Positions 32,747 to 48,704 of a DNA stretch of 64,000 bases are shown one piece after another. Numbering within the stretch: the stretch's first letter is position 1; each line of letters begins with the position of its first letter. Both the position numbers and the translations under genes were made by a program. Source of the stretch: the human T2T-CHM13v2.0 reference genome, Homo sapiens; NCBI RefSeq assembly GCF_009914755.1, contig NC_060937.1; one strand, written 5' to 3'. The notes under the pieces are model-generated. The model saw nothing but the letters and a program-made list of their open reading frames with translations, made no database searches and was not told where the DNA came from.

Positions 32747-33778
32747 TCTTAATAACTCTTTTGTCCACTTCCTCCAGGCTCAGGAAGAACAAAGAGATGA
32801 AGAAATACAATTGTAAGAAAGTATATTTTCCAAATTTCTGTGATAATTTCTTGTATCTGCACTCATATTAATATTTTATCTGGTAATCCTTTCATAGAAA
32901 CAGTATGTGAAGTGCATTTTGATTCTTTGAGTGAATGGGACAGTTTATCCCAGGGCATACTTAACCGATAAATTTAGTTTCAAGGGAAATGGGAAGAAAA
33001 CCAAGCATATTAACTCACTCAAGTCACTGGTACCTCCCTTCCTGCCTTGCCCTGTGATTTTAAACATAAGTACTATTAAAGGACTAATGAATGCTCTAAT
33101 TACATAAGCTTTAATAGATGAATTAAAGAATGAATGGTGATTTCTCCCTATAAGTACCCAATTTACTATACAAAAGCTAAATTAGGGAGCGGAGGAGAGG
33201 GGACTGGAATAATAACTGTTCACTAGACAAAATAGAATATAAATGTATAAAGAAAAATAAATAGGCCCAAGTTGGTGAAAGTCAACATAGGAAATGCCCT
33301 CATTTCATTTTGAGATGTCACACTCCTGAGACATCCCTGAATATAGAGCATAAGATGTATTTTAACTGAAATAATCCTTTCTATATAATATCATAGTCTA
33401 TTGAGAACAACATCTGTGAATTTGCAAATTAACTCAATTTGAGAAGGCAAAGAACATCAGACCACATAAGCTTTTACTTTGCAAAAGAGAACTTGAATAT
33501 TAGTGATATTTGACTAGCTCTTAGAAAAACAATCTCCCATGTATGCAAAAGAAGCACTATTATTAAGAAAATCAGTTTGCCCAACATCCAACCTGTACAT
33601 TCTAGGATTTTTTTCTACATAATAACAGTAGCAAGAAATCACCCAAAAATGTCATTTACCCTGGTAAGTTTTTTTCCAGTTGGGCCCTTGAAGGCTCAGC
33701 AGTTTGATTTCATCAGCACACAAACCACAGATTCATTCTTCATGGGTGGACTCACAAAAACCAAGCTCCTGAGACTAA

Positions 33779-34280
33779 TGTATTTGTACACCCATGTCCA
33801 TAGCAGCATTTTTCATAATAGCCAAAAGGTGGAAGCAACTCAGGTGTCGCTTTAAGAGAAATGAAAAAATAAAAAGTGGTATATATGCACACAATGGAAT
33901 TTTATTCAGCCTTAAAAAGGAAAGACGTGCTCACACATGCTACAACCTAGATGACCCTTGAAGACATTATGCTAGGTAAGACAAATCAGTCACAAAAGGA
34001 CAAATGCTGTATGATTCCACTTCAGTGAGGTGCCCACAGTAGTCACATTCATAGACAAAGGAGAATGGTGGTTACCAGGGGCTGGGGAAGGGGTGACTGG
34101 AGACTCAATGTTCAGTGGGTACAGAGTTTCAATTTTGCAAGCTGAAAAGAGTTCTGGGGATGGATGATAGTGATGGTTTCACAAGAAAGTAAATGTAGTT
34201 AATGCCATTGAACTCTACACTTAAAAATGATTAAGATGGTAAATTTTATGTTGCATATATTTTACCATAATTCTAAAAAT
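33779..34280 (+). mobile_element. L1MB-type 3' end fragment
   Basis: atagccaaaaggtggaagcaact...atggtaaattttatgttgcatatattttaccataa. Confidence 0.75.
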
Positions 34281-35154
34281 TGGAAATCCCTGTTTTAAGT
34301 TGATATTGAAAAACAGAACTGTTTCAGGGACTTGAATATAGGGAGTTTTAAAACTAGACTAACCTTTCTCTATGACATCCAGAAAAGCTAAATCCTAAAT
34401 GGAAAGTTGCTCTGAGGGCGTAGATTTCGAACAAGGGGAGTACAATGAGTTGGATGTTTAGGACATGTGTCTATCACAGATGACATCAATCTTACAATGG
34501 GGACAGACTTGTCAGAGGAGCCAGAACGCTTGTATTCTGGAGGCCAGGTCTCCCTGTATTCAATTTCACAATAAAGGGCAGCTTTGCCAGGGATCTTGGC
34601 TAAGGTTCCCTCCACCTGGATCTGCCCAAACTGCCTGGTTTTCTTTCTTCTATATTTCTAAGGCTAAACAATTCTTTTCTAATTAACCTAATCCTTCTTT
34701 AGCTGTGCAAACATATTCAATTAGATCACAGTCAAAGCTTTCAGATCCAGGAAGTATTCTGTCTAAAGCGACCTTGTAGATGAGAGCAAAATTATTGATT
34801 TCACTTCAAAGAATATCACATTTCCCTTATTTATGAGGTTTTAGAGAATACCTCATTGTAGTGCCCAGGTATTAATATTTATAGACCTCATGCACCTGAT
34901 AGTAAATAAAATATTTAGTTCAATCCCAATGTTTTCTACATTGTATTATTGTAGGAATAGTAACTAGGAGAGTCAACACTGCCTGTATCCCTAGGCACCA
35001 ATTACAGTAGGAAATGATGGGAATTACTGGGAGATCTGAGATAGATATAACTTTGGGAAAAGAGGACTGGAGAAAGAAAATAGAAATTAAGTATAAGATA
35101 AGCAAAGTAAGAAGGTAAGAAAACAAAAGAGAAAACAATAGCATGTACCCCTTA

Positions 35155-36072
35155 TAATAGTTTCCCTCATAAGCAGTTTTTCTTTCCAGGACTTCAGTTA
35201 TCTGAGGTCAACTGAGGTCTGAAAATATTAAATGAAAAATTCCACAAGTTATCTGGGGCCAACTGAGGTCTGAAAATATTAACGAACAATCCCACATATA
35301 AATAATTCATACATTTTATATCACACACTGTTCTGAGTCATGTGATGAAATCTCACACTGTCCCACTCTGTCCCATCTAGGACATGAACTGACCCTTTGT
35401 CTGGCATATCCACGCTGTCTACACTCCTTGCGTTACTGGATGAAGGTGTCCCAGTTCTTGGTGTCTTGAACAAAGAATTGGACAAAATGCACAAACAAAG
35501 CAAGGAAAGAATGAAGCAACAAAAGCAGAGATTTACTGAAAATGAAAGTACACTCCACAGGGTGGGAGCGGGCTGCAGCATAGGGGCTCGAGGGCTCCTT
35601 TACAGAAATTTCTGGGGTTTAAATATCCTCTGGAGGTTTCCATTGGTTACTTGGTGTACACCCTATGTCAACAAAGAGGATGAAGTAAAGTTACAAAGTC
35701 ATTTACACAGTGTGAGCCCTATGTAAATGGAGAGGATATTTCCTGTCATAGCTGAAGTGTTTCCATTTGATTTAGTTCTAGGAAGTCAGCATGAATCAGG
35801 CTTATGTTCCCTGCCTCCAGACCCTATTCTCCTGCCTCACTTGCCTGTGAGTCCCGCAGTAGCTCTCTTGGTTACCAGATCACCTGTTGAGCCATCGCTG
35901 TGCTTCTGCTCAAGCAACCCTTATTTTACTTAATAATGGCCCCTAAGCTGAAGAATAGTGATACTGGCAATTCAGATATTCCAAAGAGAAGCTGTCAAGT
36001 GCTACCTGCAAGTCAAAAGGTGAAACTTTTCAACTGAAGGAAGAAAAAAATTCATATGCTGAGGTTATGAAG
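35155..36072 (+). mobile_element. MER44/Tigger7 DNA transposon split by an LTR
   Basis: tcagttatctgaggtcaactgaggtctgaaaatattaaatg..., resuming after the LTR with cccttattttacttaataatggcccc...gctgaggtt. Confidence 0.75.
35431..35839 (-). mobile_element. MER51/MER61-type ERV1 solo LTR
   Basis: Reverse complement starts TGAGGCAGGAGAATAGGGTCTGGAGGCAGGGAAC. 4-bp TSD cttg at 35427-35430 and 35840-35843. Confidence 0.8.
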
Positions 36073-36969
36073 ACAACTGAGTTTATTGCCTATCACAGTA
36101 AGGGAGAACACCAACTCAACAGAGCTTTGGTTGTGTCTCAGAGGGGAAGTTTTGTTTGGGGGGGTGTATTTCAATGTAGTTCTTGATTAAGACAGGGTGA
36201 AAATCATGATATAATAATAATATGATTGGTGGAAAGAGCAAGTGTGAAATTTGAGATGAGGGGGTTCAGAGAAGCTTGGGATATAAACTGTCTATTGAAA
36301 AGTTCATGGGTCTTTTGGGATGTTCCTGTAATGAACAATGAAATAATTTGCCTGGATAAGAATGCTTTAGAATTATAAAATTATATCAATGTAGACAATG
36401 GAATAGTAAAAGCATGTTAATATAGACCATAAATAGTGTGGGATACATGGTGTCAGTTCTCAGTATAATATGTATACCGTATCATATGTAATATATTTTA
36501 TCAGCTGCTACATTACACAACTCCAGGGAGCACCATCCACATTATAGTCTATGTAAGTGATGTTCTGGGATTATTCAGTGCAAATACCCTATTATATTAA
36601 TAGCTTGTATCACAATATATTTAATGTGAAGTAGGAGATATGCCATAATATACTGCATTGGATATAACTTGTACATAGCACAAGCATGTAACATATTTAC
36701 AATGAAGGGCAAAGCACTAGAACACTTTTACAATTTACAAAGTGTGACTTTGCCTGCTCCTTTTTGCTTTTTCATAAAAATTGTGCTTTTATCAGATGAG
36801 AACTGACACAGAGAATTCCAGAGAGAGAGATTTTTGAGGTCCTACAATCTAGCAGTGTCTGACCCATCCATACTAGGCCATCAAGAAACATAAAGTGCTA
36901 GACATAACTACATCTATCTCTCCAAAGTCCATTAACATGTTTTTCTGGCAGGTTAAAGATGAAGTTAGC

Positions 36970-40111
<3,142 letters not shown>

Positions 40112-41487
40112 TTTTTGTATGCATAATGTCATCGGGGGTATTGAGAAATCCATGAAGGTCAGCAGCGCCTTGCTCCCCCATTCCCCTGTACTCCCTCCCA
40201 GGTTGCCAGTGATGTGACGCTACTCCTTAGGCTATAGTGGGGGTGTGGTTGGTTCCTCCTATTACAGAGACCCAAGTGTATCCTACAGGAGTGAACCCCA
40301 AGGAGTGTGGGAAGAAAGGATCGGCTTGTGCAAAGCAAAAGAAAGGCTGGTTCATGAAACTGATGGATTTTAGCATTTTAGCCATTTGATTTGAGCACAG
40401 AACAAGATGGGGCCAGAGGCAGGAGATCATGCTGGACAGGTTATTAAGGACTTGCTCATGAAAAACTGAATGTTTCATTTTAGGAGTTGAACTTCATCCT
40501 GGGAGGAAGAAAAAGGCTTTGAAGGCTTTTAAGCTGAGGATGAACTTAATAAGATTTATGTTTTAGGAAGTTCTCTTTGCCAAGGGGAGAAGCACTAATG
40601 GCAAGGAGCAATCCAGATTAGAAATGATAACCCATGTTTGGGCATGCTCCCTTTGGCATGACCTCCACTGCTACACTACCTTGAAAGAGAACTTGTATCA
40701 AAGGAGATCCGGTTCCACAACATGGAGCACCAAGATATTGACATTGTACTGAATGTCATGAGTAGACTGAAGGGATAATAGCATTTTGCTCCAAAAATCT
40801 TCACTTATCTTTGCTATTGGTCTCTTCCTATGCTTCCAGTGAATTCCCTTTCAATTCTGGATCCTTCCTGGCTCTTCTAATGAGCCATTCAGCCCCACCT
40901 TCTACTTGCGTTTCTCACTCCACAAAACAAAAAACAACTAGTTCAATATCTGTGGCTTAGGAATTTGCCCTTAGAAGTGGGTGATGGTCTCAGTTTAATC
41001 CACTGGAGCAAGAGCATGAATAAACTAAGGTAGCTGCTGCAGGGATTGGGGAAAAGGGGGGACAAATATTTTGCAGACAAAACTATTAAGTTTCAGTGAC
41101 TGGTATATCAGAAAGAGAAGTAAAGGGCCATTTTCTTTCCCAAAGTCCGCTGCCCTAGATCAGGCTTATACTGTTCTGTTTTGTTCGGCCCTTATTTTTA
41201 TTGCATTCACCTAATTATACACTCCTACTCTCTAGTTTCTCTTCAAATGTATAAAATGAATTGGAGCAAACCAGATGTCTCTCTCCAGGTTATCAGTCAT
41301 TAATGGTGCCATTGCCTGCTAGGCAGAACTCAAAACGACCTCACATGGCCTCCAATGGTCTACAAAGACTTTCTTGATAGAGTCCTTGTGTGTCAGGGAC
41401 TCATCTCCCACTACACCCCCATGTAACTACACTTACTAAGTATACTTACTACACTTCAAAATTAAGGAATGACTTATGATTTATAAA

Positions 41488-42750
41488 CAGTAAGTCGTCA
41501 CTTACCACCATAGTATGTGGGGGATCGGTCAGAGTGGTGGGAAAAACTATAGGGAAAGGATGCAAACCTTCTGAAAGATCAGAAGGTTCTGCAGAGCCCT
41601 GCGGTAGAATAGCTGAAGGCAGCTGTTCTATAACCCTGAGGCAGAGGGTAAGGAGTAGGTTCAAGGGAGTGTGAGGCAATTTATCTTAAACAGGCTTGTT
41701 TACTTATGTTGACGAGGAACTGACCTTTGATCATCTGCTTGTGATGTTCCCTGAAAGGAGAACAATAAATGTTAATTACCTGCAGGTTTTGTTGGCTCCA
41801 GGTTTTCAGCATTATTCCTGCACTAAAAAAAGCAAGCAGCTCCAGCTGCTTGGAGCTGCACTCTGGCCACTTGAACCAGGCAGTCCCCTAGCTGCTCTTA
41901 CACTACATACCTGTGTCTGAGTACTCATTTCATCCGTCGGTCAGGGTCTACGGGACAGACCCGGCAATAGTAAGATTCTTGGAAACTGACTTTAAGTGAC
42001 ACAATGTACAAGGAAACCGATTTTATCATAAGCTAATTGATATACACAAAAGTTAAGTTCCTACAGTATGTTTCTGGTCACAAAAACATCACCAAACTTC
42101 TAAATGAAGTCCCCAAACACTTCTAATATCAAACACTGAAGTAAATGTGAATTATACATACATTTAAAAAAGATTAATGAAAACAAGTAAGATAATCATT
42201 TGCCACCTTTTTGGTGAACTTGCGAGTAACAGCATTTGTCATTGTGGTGGGGAAAATCAAGGAATAAATATTTGCAAATGCAAAAATTGTCAGGAACACC
42301 TCCTCCAACCATGAAGTTCAAAAACCATCACAAACATGGAGGGCTTGCTGAGCACTTTCATACTGCATCCGTTAGTGTCATACATGTATTGTAAAGTTTA
42401 TCAATTTTTATTTTACAATCAGTTGTATTCATTCATTCATTTTCCAACTGGTTTATTCCAGCTCTGGGTCTTGGTTCGCTGGAGCCCATCCCAGCATCTC
42501 AGGATCCCAAGCAGGAACCAACCCTGGCCAGCTTGCCATCCCATTGCAGGGCCACTCTTACCTACAATCACTCACAATGCGACCATTTAGACATGTCAGC
42601 TCACCTAATTCACATCCTTGAGATCTGGGAGGAAACTCAAACACAGACTAAGGGAGAATGGGCAGACTCCACACAGGCAGTGGCCCTGGCAGGGAATCTA
42701 CTTTTTTTCTCATGAACATTGTAATAAAACAACACTTTGAGGATCTGCTG
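41488..42750 (-). mobile_element. MER6 (TcMar-Tigger) interrupted by LTR22
   Basis: Termini cagtaagtcgtcactt...gaggatctgctg and internal gactccacacaggcagtggccc. Confidence 0.7.
41516..41966 (+). mobile_element. LTR22 (HERV-K22/HML-5) solo LTR
   Basis: TGTGGGGGATCGGTCAGAGTGGTGGG...GACAGACCCGGCA and a perfect 6-bp TSD atagta (41510-41515 / 41967-41972), typical of betaretroviruses. Confidence 0.85.
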
Positions 42751-42954
42751 TGCCACCCCCTATCTTTCATATATTGCTTTACACAACCTAGTCAACTTCT
42801 ACTGCAGCTTTCAGACTCAGATCAAGCATCCCATCCTCAGACCACATTTGATACCCACTCCAATGCCACCCAGTCCCCCATCCAGGCTGAGTGAAATGAG
42901 TCTTGTTTTTACTACTTTGCATATCTGTTTTTCCACTATAATGTATAAACTCTC

Positions 42955-43488
42955 TTGTTTTCTTTTTTATTATTTTTTATTTCAATAGGTTTTTGGAGAA
43001 CAGGTGGTCTTTGGCTACATGGATAAGTTCTTTACTGGTGATTTCTGAGTTTTGGTGCACCTGTCACCCAAGCAGGGTACATTGCACCCAGTGTGTAGTC
43101 TTTTATCCCTTACCCTCCTCCTACCCTTTCCCAAGTCTCCAAAGTCCACTGTATCATTCTTATGCCTTTGCATCCTCATAGCTTAGCTGCTGCTTATGAA
43201 TGAGAACATATGTTTGGTTTTCCATTCCTCAGTTACTTCACTTAGAATAATGATCTCCAACTCCTTCCAGGTTGCTGCAGATGCCATTATTTCGTTCCTT
43301 TTTCATGGCTCAGTAGTATTTCATATACATGTATATATGTGTGTGTGTGTGTAGTGTTCCAGGTATATCTATATATATACATATATAGAATACTATATTC
43401 CATGTATATATATACACACACACACATAGAATACTATATTCCATGTGTGTATACACACACACACGCACATATATAGAACACCACGTGT

Positions 43489-43521
<33 letters not shown>

Positions 43522-44747
43522 TCTACCATTTGATCTAGCAATCCCACTACAGGGTATCTACCCAGAGGAAAGGAAGTCATAATACAAAAAAGATACTTGC
43601 ACATGCATGTTTATAGCAGCACAATTTGCAATTGCAAAAATATGGAACCAGCCCAAATGCCCACTGAGTGGATAAAGAAAATGTAATATACACACGCACA
43701 CACACACAAACTTATATATATGTATATATGTATGTATGTGTATATGTGTGTGCATGTGTATATATGTATGTATATATATCTGTAAGTCAACATATAACTT
43801 ATTTTCATCTGGGTAGAAACCCAGTAGTGGGTTTGCTGGATCAAATGGCAGATCTACTTTTAGTTCTTTAAGAAATCTTCACACTATTTTCCATAGAGGT
43901 TGTCCTAGTTTACATTCCCACCAGCAGTGTAGAAGTATTCCCTTTTCACTACATCCATGCCAACGTCTATTATTTTTTGAGTTTTTGATTATGGCCATTC
44001 TTGCAGGAATAAGATGGTATTGTACTGTGGCTTTGATGTGCATTTCCCTGATAATTAGTGATATTGAGCATTTTTTTCCATGTTTGTTGACCATTTGTGT
44101 ATCCTCTTCTGAGAATTGTCTATTCATGTCCTTAGCCTAATTTTTGATGTGATTGATTTTTTCTTGCTGATTTGAGTTCCTTGTAGATTCTGGATATTAG
44201 TCCTTTGTCAGATGTATAGATTGTGAACATTTTCTCCCATTCTGTGGGTTGTCTGTTTACTCTGCTGATTATTTCTTTTGCTGTGCAGAAGCTTTTTAGT
44301 TTAATTAATTTCCATCTATTTATCTTTGTTTTTGTTGCATTTGCTTTTGGGTTTCTGGTCATGAAGTCTTTGCCTAAGCCAATGTCTAGAAGAGTTTTTC
44401 TAATGTTATCTTCTAGAATTTTTATGATTTCAGGTCTTAGATATAAATCTTGATTTTTGTAAAAGTTGAGAGATGAGGGTCATCCTTTTCTATGTGGCTT
44501 GCCAGTTATCCAAGCACCATTTGTTGAATGGGTGTCCTTTTCCCACTTTATGTTTTTGTTTGCTTTATGGAAGATCTGTTGTTGTTTTTGGCTTTATTTC
44601 TGGGTTCTCTATTCTGTTCCACTGTCTATGTGCCTATTTTTATACCAGTACCATGCTGTTTTGGTGACTGTAGCCTTGCGGTATGTTTGAAGTCAGGTAA
44701 TGTGGTGCCTCCAGATTTGTTATTTTTGCTTTGTCTTGTTTGGCTAT
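42955..44747 (-). mobile_element. 5'-truncated L1PB1 with an internal inversion, inserted in an L2
   Basis: L1PB1 3' end (tttcaataggtttttggagaacaggtgg), a sense-oriented block at 43519-43690 and degenerate TSD tataaactctct/tacaaactcttt. Confidence 0.8.
43322..43518. repeat. Compound (TA)/(CA)/(TG) microsatellite; a second such tract lies at 43686-43780
   Basis: Seen directly, ending in a pure (CA)n run at ~43490-43518. Confidence 0.9.
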
Positions 44748-45187
44748 ACAAACTCTTTGAGGACAAGGACTGTATCTTCTCCACCCCTGAATTTCAGGCA
44801 GCTAGCCTAGAATAGTCTCAGAAAAACTATTTGTTGAATGAGTAAATAAAAGTGGTGGAACCAAGACACAGATATAAAACTTCTCACCCTAAATCCCGTG
44901 CTTTTCTCATTATATCACAGCTAATGAGTAATATAATGAGAGTGTCACATCATGGTAGAAGGACTAAATACTTCATGCCATCAGATGGTAGATTTCTTAC
45001 TCCTAATCTGGTACTGTGAAAAAATAATTGGTGAAATAGTGACAAAATGGGTAAAAGTCAACATGGATATTAAGAGACTGTACTATTAAGCCTACAGTGC
45101 CTCCTTCTCAAAATGCTTAACTACTACATTAAGCAAAAAATAGTTAAAAGTGTTAGTCCTAAAGTTAGCAAGAAGATACAGTGTATT

Positions 45188-45193
45188 TTTATT
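45188..45193 (-). terminator. TBC1D4: Candidate distal poly(A) signal of TBC1D4 (AATAAA)
   Basis: tttatt on +, with nearby upstream UGUA motifs (taca at ~45198 and ~45206) and U-rich sequence downstream. Confidence 0.55.
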
Positions 45194-45564
45194 GGATTAC
45201 AAATATACATGAGAATACTCCAAGAGATGCATATTTTATATAAAAACATTCATATCACATCCATCAGTAAATGTCCTTAATTCTTAATTATCTGCGTCCA
45301 GTTGGAAAATTTTGTATTTTCTTGTGGCTCTCTCTCCCTTGCTATCTATGAGGGGGCCTGGAAAATAAAAGGGTAGAATGCAAATCTGTCAATGTGGTTG
45401 CTTATATTTTTCTTTCAAAAGTCTCCATTGAGAAAGTAAGTTGAAAAATGGTAACAATGTACTTACATAAATGTCTCCTAAATTATCTTTGTTGTCTGAC
45501 TCTATTAGGAAGAATTATTTGTGTAGCAATTTTAAGTAGGTACAATCCAAACCATGCAGATCTT

Positions 45565-45814
45565 TTTTGTTTGGTTGTTTGTTTTTCTTTTTTTTTGTCA
45601 AAGTCTCACTCTGTGGCCCAGGCTAGAGTGCAGTGGCATGATGGCTCACTGCAAGCTCACTGCAAGCTCCGCCTCCCAGGTTCAAACTATTCTCCAGCCT
45701 CCTATAAGTAGCAATATATGCCTCTCCTACTCTCCTGAGTAGCTGAGATTACAGATGCACACCACCACGCCTGGCTAATTTTTGTATTTTCCCTAGAGAT
45801 GGGGTTTCACCATG
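45565..45814 (-). mobile_element. 5'-truncated Alu with small internal duplications
   Basis: 14-bp TSD accatgcagatctt at 45551-45564 and 45809-45822. gctcactgcaa is duplicated in tandem. Confidence 0.85.
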
Positions 45815-45828
45815 CAGATCTTGTAAAG

Positions 45829-46292
45829 CAGCGGTCTTCAACCTTCTTGACACCAGGGACTGGTTTCATGGAAGACAATCTTTCCACAGACTGGTGGCAG
45901 GGGATGGTTTCAGGATGATTCAATGATTCAAGCACATTTATTGTGCACTTTATTTCTATTATTATTATTATATCCTCACCATATTATTATTATATACTCA
46001 CCATAATGTAGAATTAGTGGGAACCCTGACTGTTTTCCTGCAACTAGACGATCCCATCTGGGGATGATGGGAGACAGTGACAGATCATCAGGCATTCGAT
46101 TCTCTTAAGGAACACAAAACATAGATCTCCTGCATGCACAGTTCACAATAGGGTTTGCGCTCCTATGAGAATCTAATGCCGTGGCTGATCTGACAGGAGT
46201 CAGAGCTCAGGCAGTCATGCTTGCTCGCATGCCCACCACTGCTGTGCAGCCTGGTTCATAACAGGCCACAGACAGGTACCCAGGGACCCCTG
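45829..46292. mobile_element. MER1A (hAT-Charlie)
   Basis: cagcggtcttcaacctt...caccagggactggtttcatggaagacaat...gagaatctaatgcc...gggacccctg. Confidence 0.85.
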
Positions 46293-46349
46293 CAGTAAAA
46301 GACTCTAACCAAGAGCTGCTTCTCTCCCGAAAAGTAACAGTATACGTCA

Positions 46350-48470
46350 AGAAAGCTGCAGCAATATATTTATTGCAAAGGAACTAGACATTACATTAAC
46401 CTGATGAAGATGTAACGATGCATGAAGCATAACTGGTGCAACATTTTTTAAAAATCACAAATGAAAAAGAAAATTCATTTTCAAAAGAAAATATTGTATC
46501 CAAGTCAGCTTAATCTCTGAACACCATAATATAACTCTTAATGTTGATTCTAAACATCCAGGATAAAGTTTACTTTAAACTGAATAAAAGAAAGAAAAGG
46601 TTTCTTTCCGAACTTCCCCAACAGATTCCTTGGCTACCATCGGTGCATCACACCCATAAAGTAATTGTCATCAACAGACCGTAAAAAGAAAAAACCCCTC
46701 CTACAAATAGAGAAATTCTCAGGAAATCCAAGCAACAAATCAATTAGTAGCCCCCAATTGAATGGGGCAGACAGAATCAGCATTTTCTAGAACTTAGAAG
46801 TTACATTAACTTTATTAATAAGATTTTATTGTCTTTTAAGAAACTGTATGGATTCAAGGGCACACTGAGCTATAACAAGTCATTATATACACACTGGGTA
46901 ACAGTGCGGAGGGGGTTTCAGATGTTTGTCATCTGTTCATCAAAGCTTTCTGAAACCCCTAGAGCTTTACTATTCTACTCTATAATACATTTTCACTGTG
47001 TATAACAAACTCCCTTTGAAGAAAATTACCCCAGATAATCCATCTGTGAAAATACAAGTACTGCAAAAAGCAGTGAGGATAAATACTTTTTGGAAAGGCA
47101 AAAATGCTGCATCAACTTTCAGAGGCACTATCATAGAATCATCTCTGAAAAAGAGAACTGCAAATGTACTTTGAAAATTACTTTCCTTGCCTATACCCAG
47201 CATGCGTGAATGTCATCTAATGAGCTATTTGTAGGCTGAGGAAGTGAAGAGTTGAAATGCAGAATTGCAGGTTTTAGTTGAGCTGGTAACACTGGTACCA
47301 CTTTCTTTTTTCCCTTCCAATGGATTTCAACAGTTTGTTCCTAAACATTTCACAGTTCTCAAAACTTTTCACATAAAAGGGGAAGATTATTAAAGCTTAT
47401 TAGATTCTGTCAATTGGTCAAAAGAAAAAATGTATTTCAACACAGCTTGTCATCTTTGGAAAAAATCAATCATAATTACGTTTCCTTATACTGAATTTAA
47501 GGTAGAGAGACCTAAATTACAAGCACTCACAATTTGGTGGGAAAGTGGCAAATCCTTGTCATTTGGTGACTGTGGCACCAAATAAAGAGGAATTCATTCA
47601 CAACTGAATGAGTTATTCAAATAAAAAAAGCAGAAAGCTAATCTAGACATTTTAGGTCCTAAATTAAATTTTTCAGGTGTGATATTTTTAGTTTGAGTAA
47701 TAATGCTGGTCTAGTTTGCTAAAAAATTAGCAACATTCTCCTTTACCTTGAGCTGGGTAGACTCAGCCACAATGTCCTACTGTCTCTTTATGTATGTTTA
47801 AAGTAATGCCTAACCAGACTCATAATGCATGTAGATGCAACATGCTAGTTGGCACAAAGCAGGCAGGGAGAAATGACCCTACCTTCCCAAAAAACTCACA
47901 GGAGCATGACCAGTAATCATTTTCCTCATATAGACAATGTCAGTAGATATCAAGACAGATACACATAAAGTTACATAAATGTTTCCACCTTTTCACCATT
48001 GAGTGAAACATGCTGTTCTTTGGAGAAAAAAATACATTCATTTTTTTCAAGTATATTGCAATATACAAAGATGCTCTGGCTTTGTTTCACTATAAAGACA
48101 AAAAGATTTCACATATGTCCAAGGGAAATTTCAGTTTACCTTTCCTTTGGTGTGGATTTCATGAAGTTCTGACTAAAAAAATTAATCTAAATATACATCT
48201 ACTCATTTTATCTGAAAGCATGAACTATGTTCATTTTATATATATATTTATATGTACATAGCAACAACAAAAACCAGTCTACATATGTCCAATGGCTTAG
48301 GATTGGCATGCTCTGATGAGCACGAGGTCCACCTGCTGTGACTAGGAGCTCAGCACCAGTATTAGGTGGTTCCATCAGCTTCAGGGTCCAGCCTTGGGCC
48401 AGCGACATGCAGGCTCTTCCTCTCTGTAGTATTCTAAGGAGCACTTTCTGCTGAGGCCGTGCCTCTTCAA
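46350..48470 (-). other. TBC1D4: TBC1D4 3' UTR up to the AATAAA at 46374-46369; may extend to ~45170
   Basis: Follows the stop codon, AU-rich and repeat-free. The AATAAA is followed by a U/GU-rich downstream element (ctttcttgacgtatactgttactttt). Confidence 0.75.
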
Positions 48471-48704
48471 TTATGGCTTATTTCCTATCTTGGCTTTGTT
48501 GTTAGGGTTGCAGTTTAGGTCTCTCAGCAACAGGTCACAATTGACTAGAGCATCCGCGGGCAGCAGCTTCCGGAGTTGCTCCACTGTCTTTTGATAAGCC
48601 ATTTTTTCTTGTTCCAGGGTCCGGATTAAAGACTTCATTTTGGTCTCTCTCGTCAAAAGATTTTCCAGGTTTGATTCCAAGGCCTGGATTTTAGTATGAG
48701 CTAC
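48471..48704 (-). CDS. TBC1D4: TBC1D4/AS160 terminal coding exon ([15 protein letters not shown]...KAKIGNKP*)
   Basis: CAG acceptor at 48707-48705, 234 nt, TAA at 48473-48471. Recognisable AS160 C-terminus. Confidence 0.96.
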   Translation of the reverse strand, partial: VAHTKIQALESNLENLLTRETKMKSLIRTLEQEKMAYQKTVEQLRKLLPADALVNCDLLLRDLNCNPNNKAKIGNKP

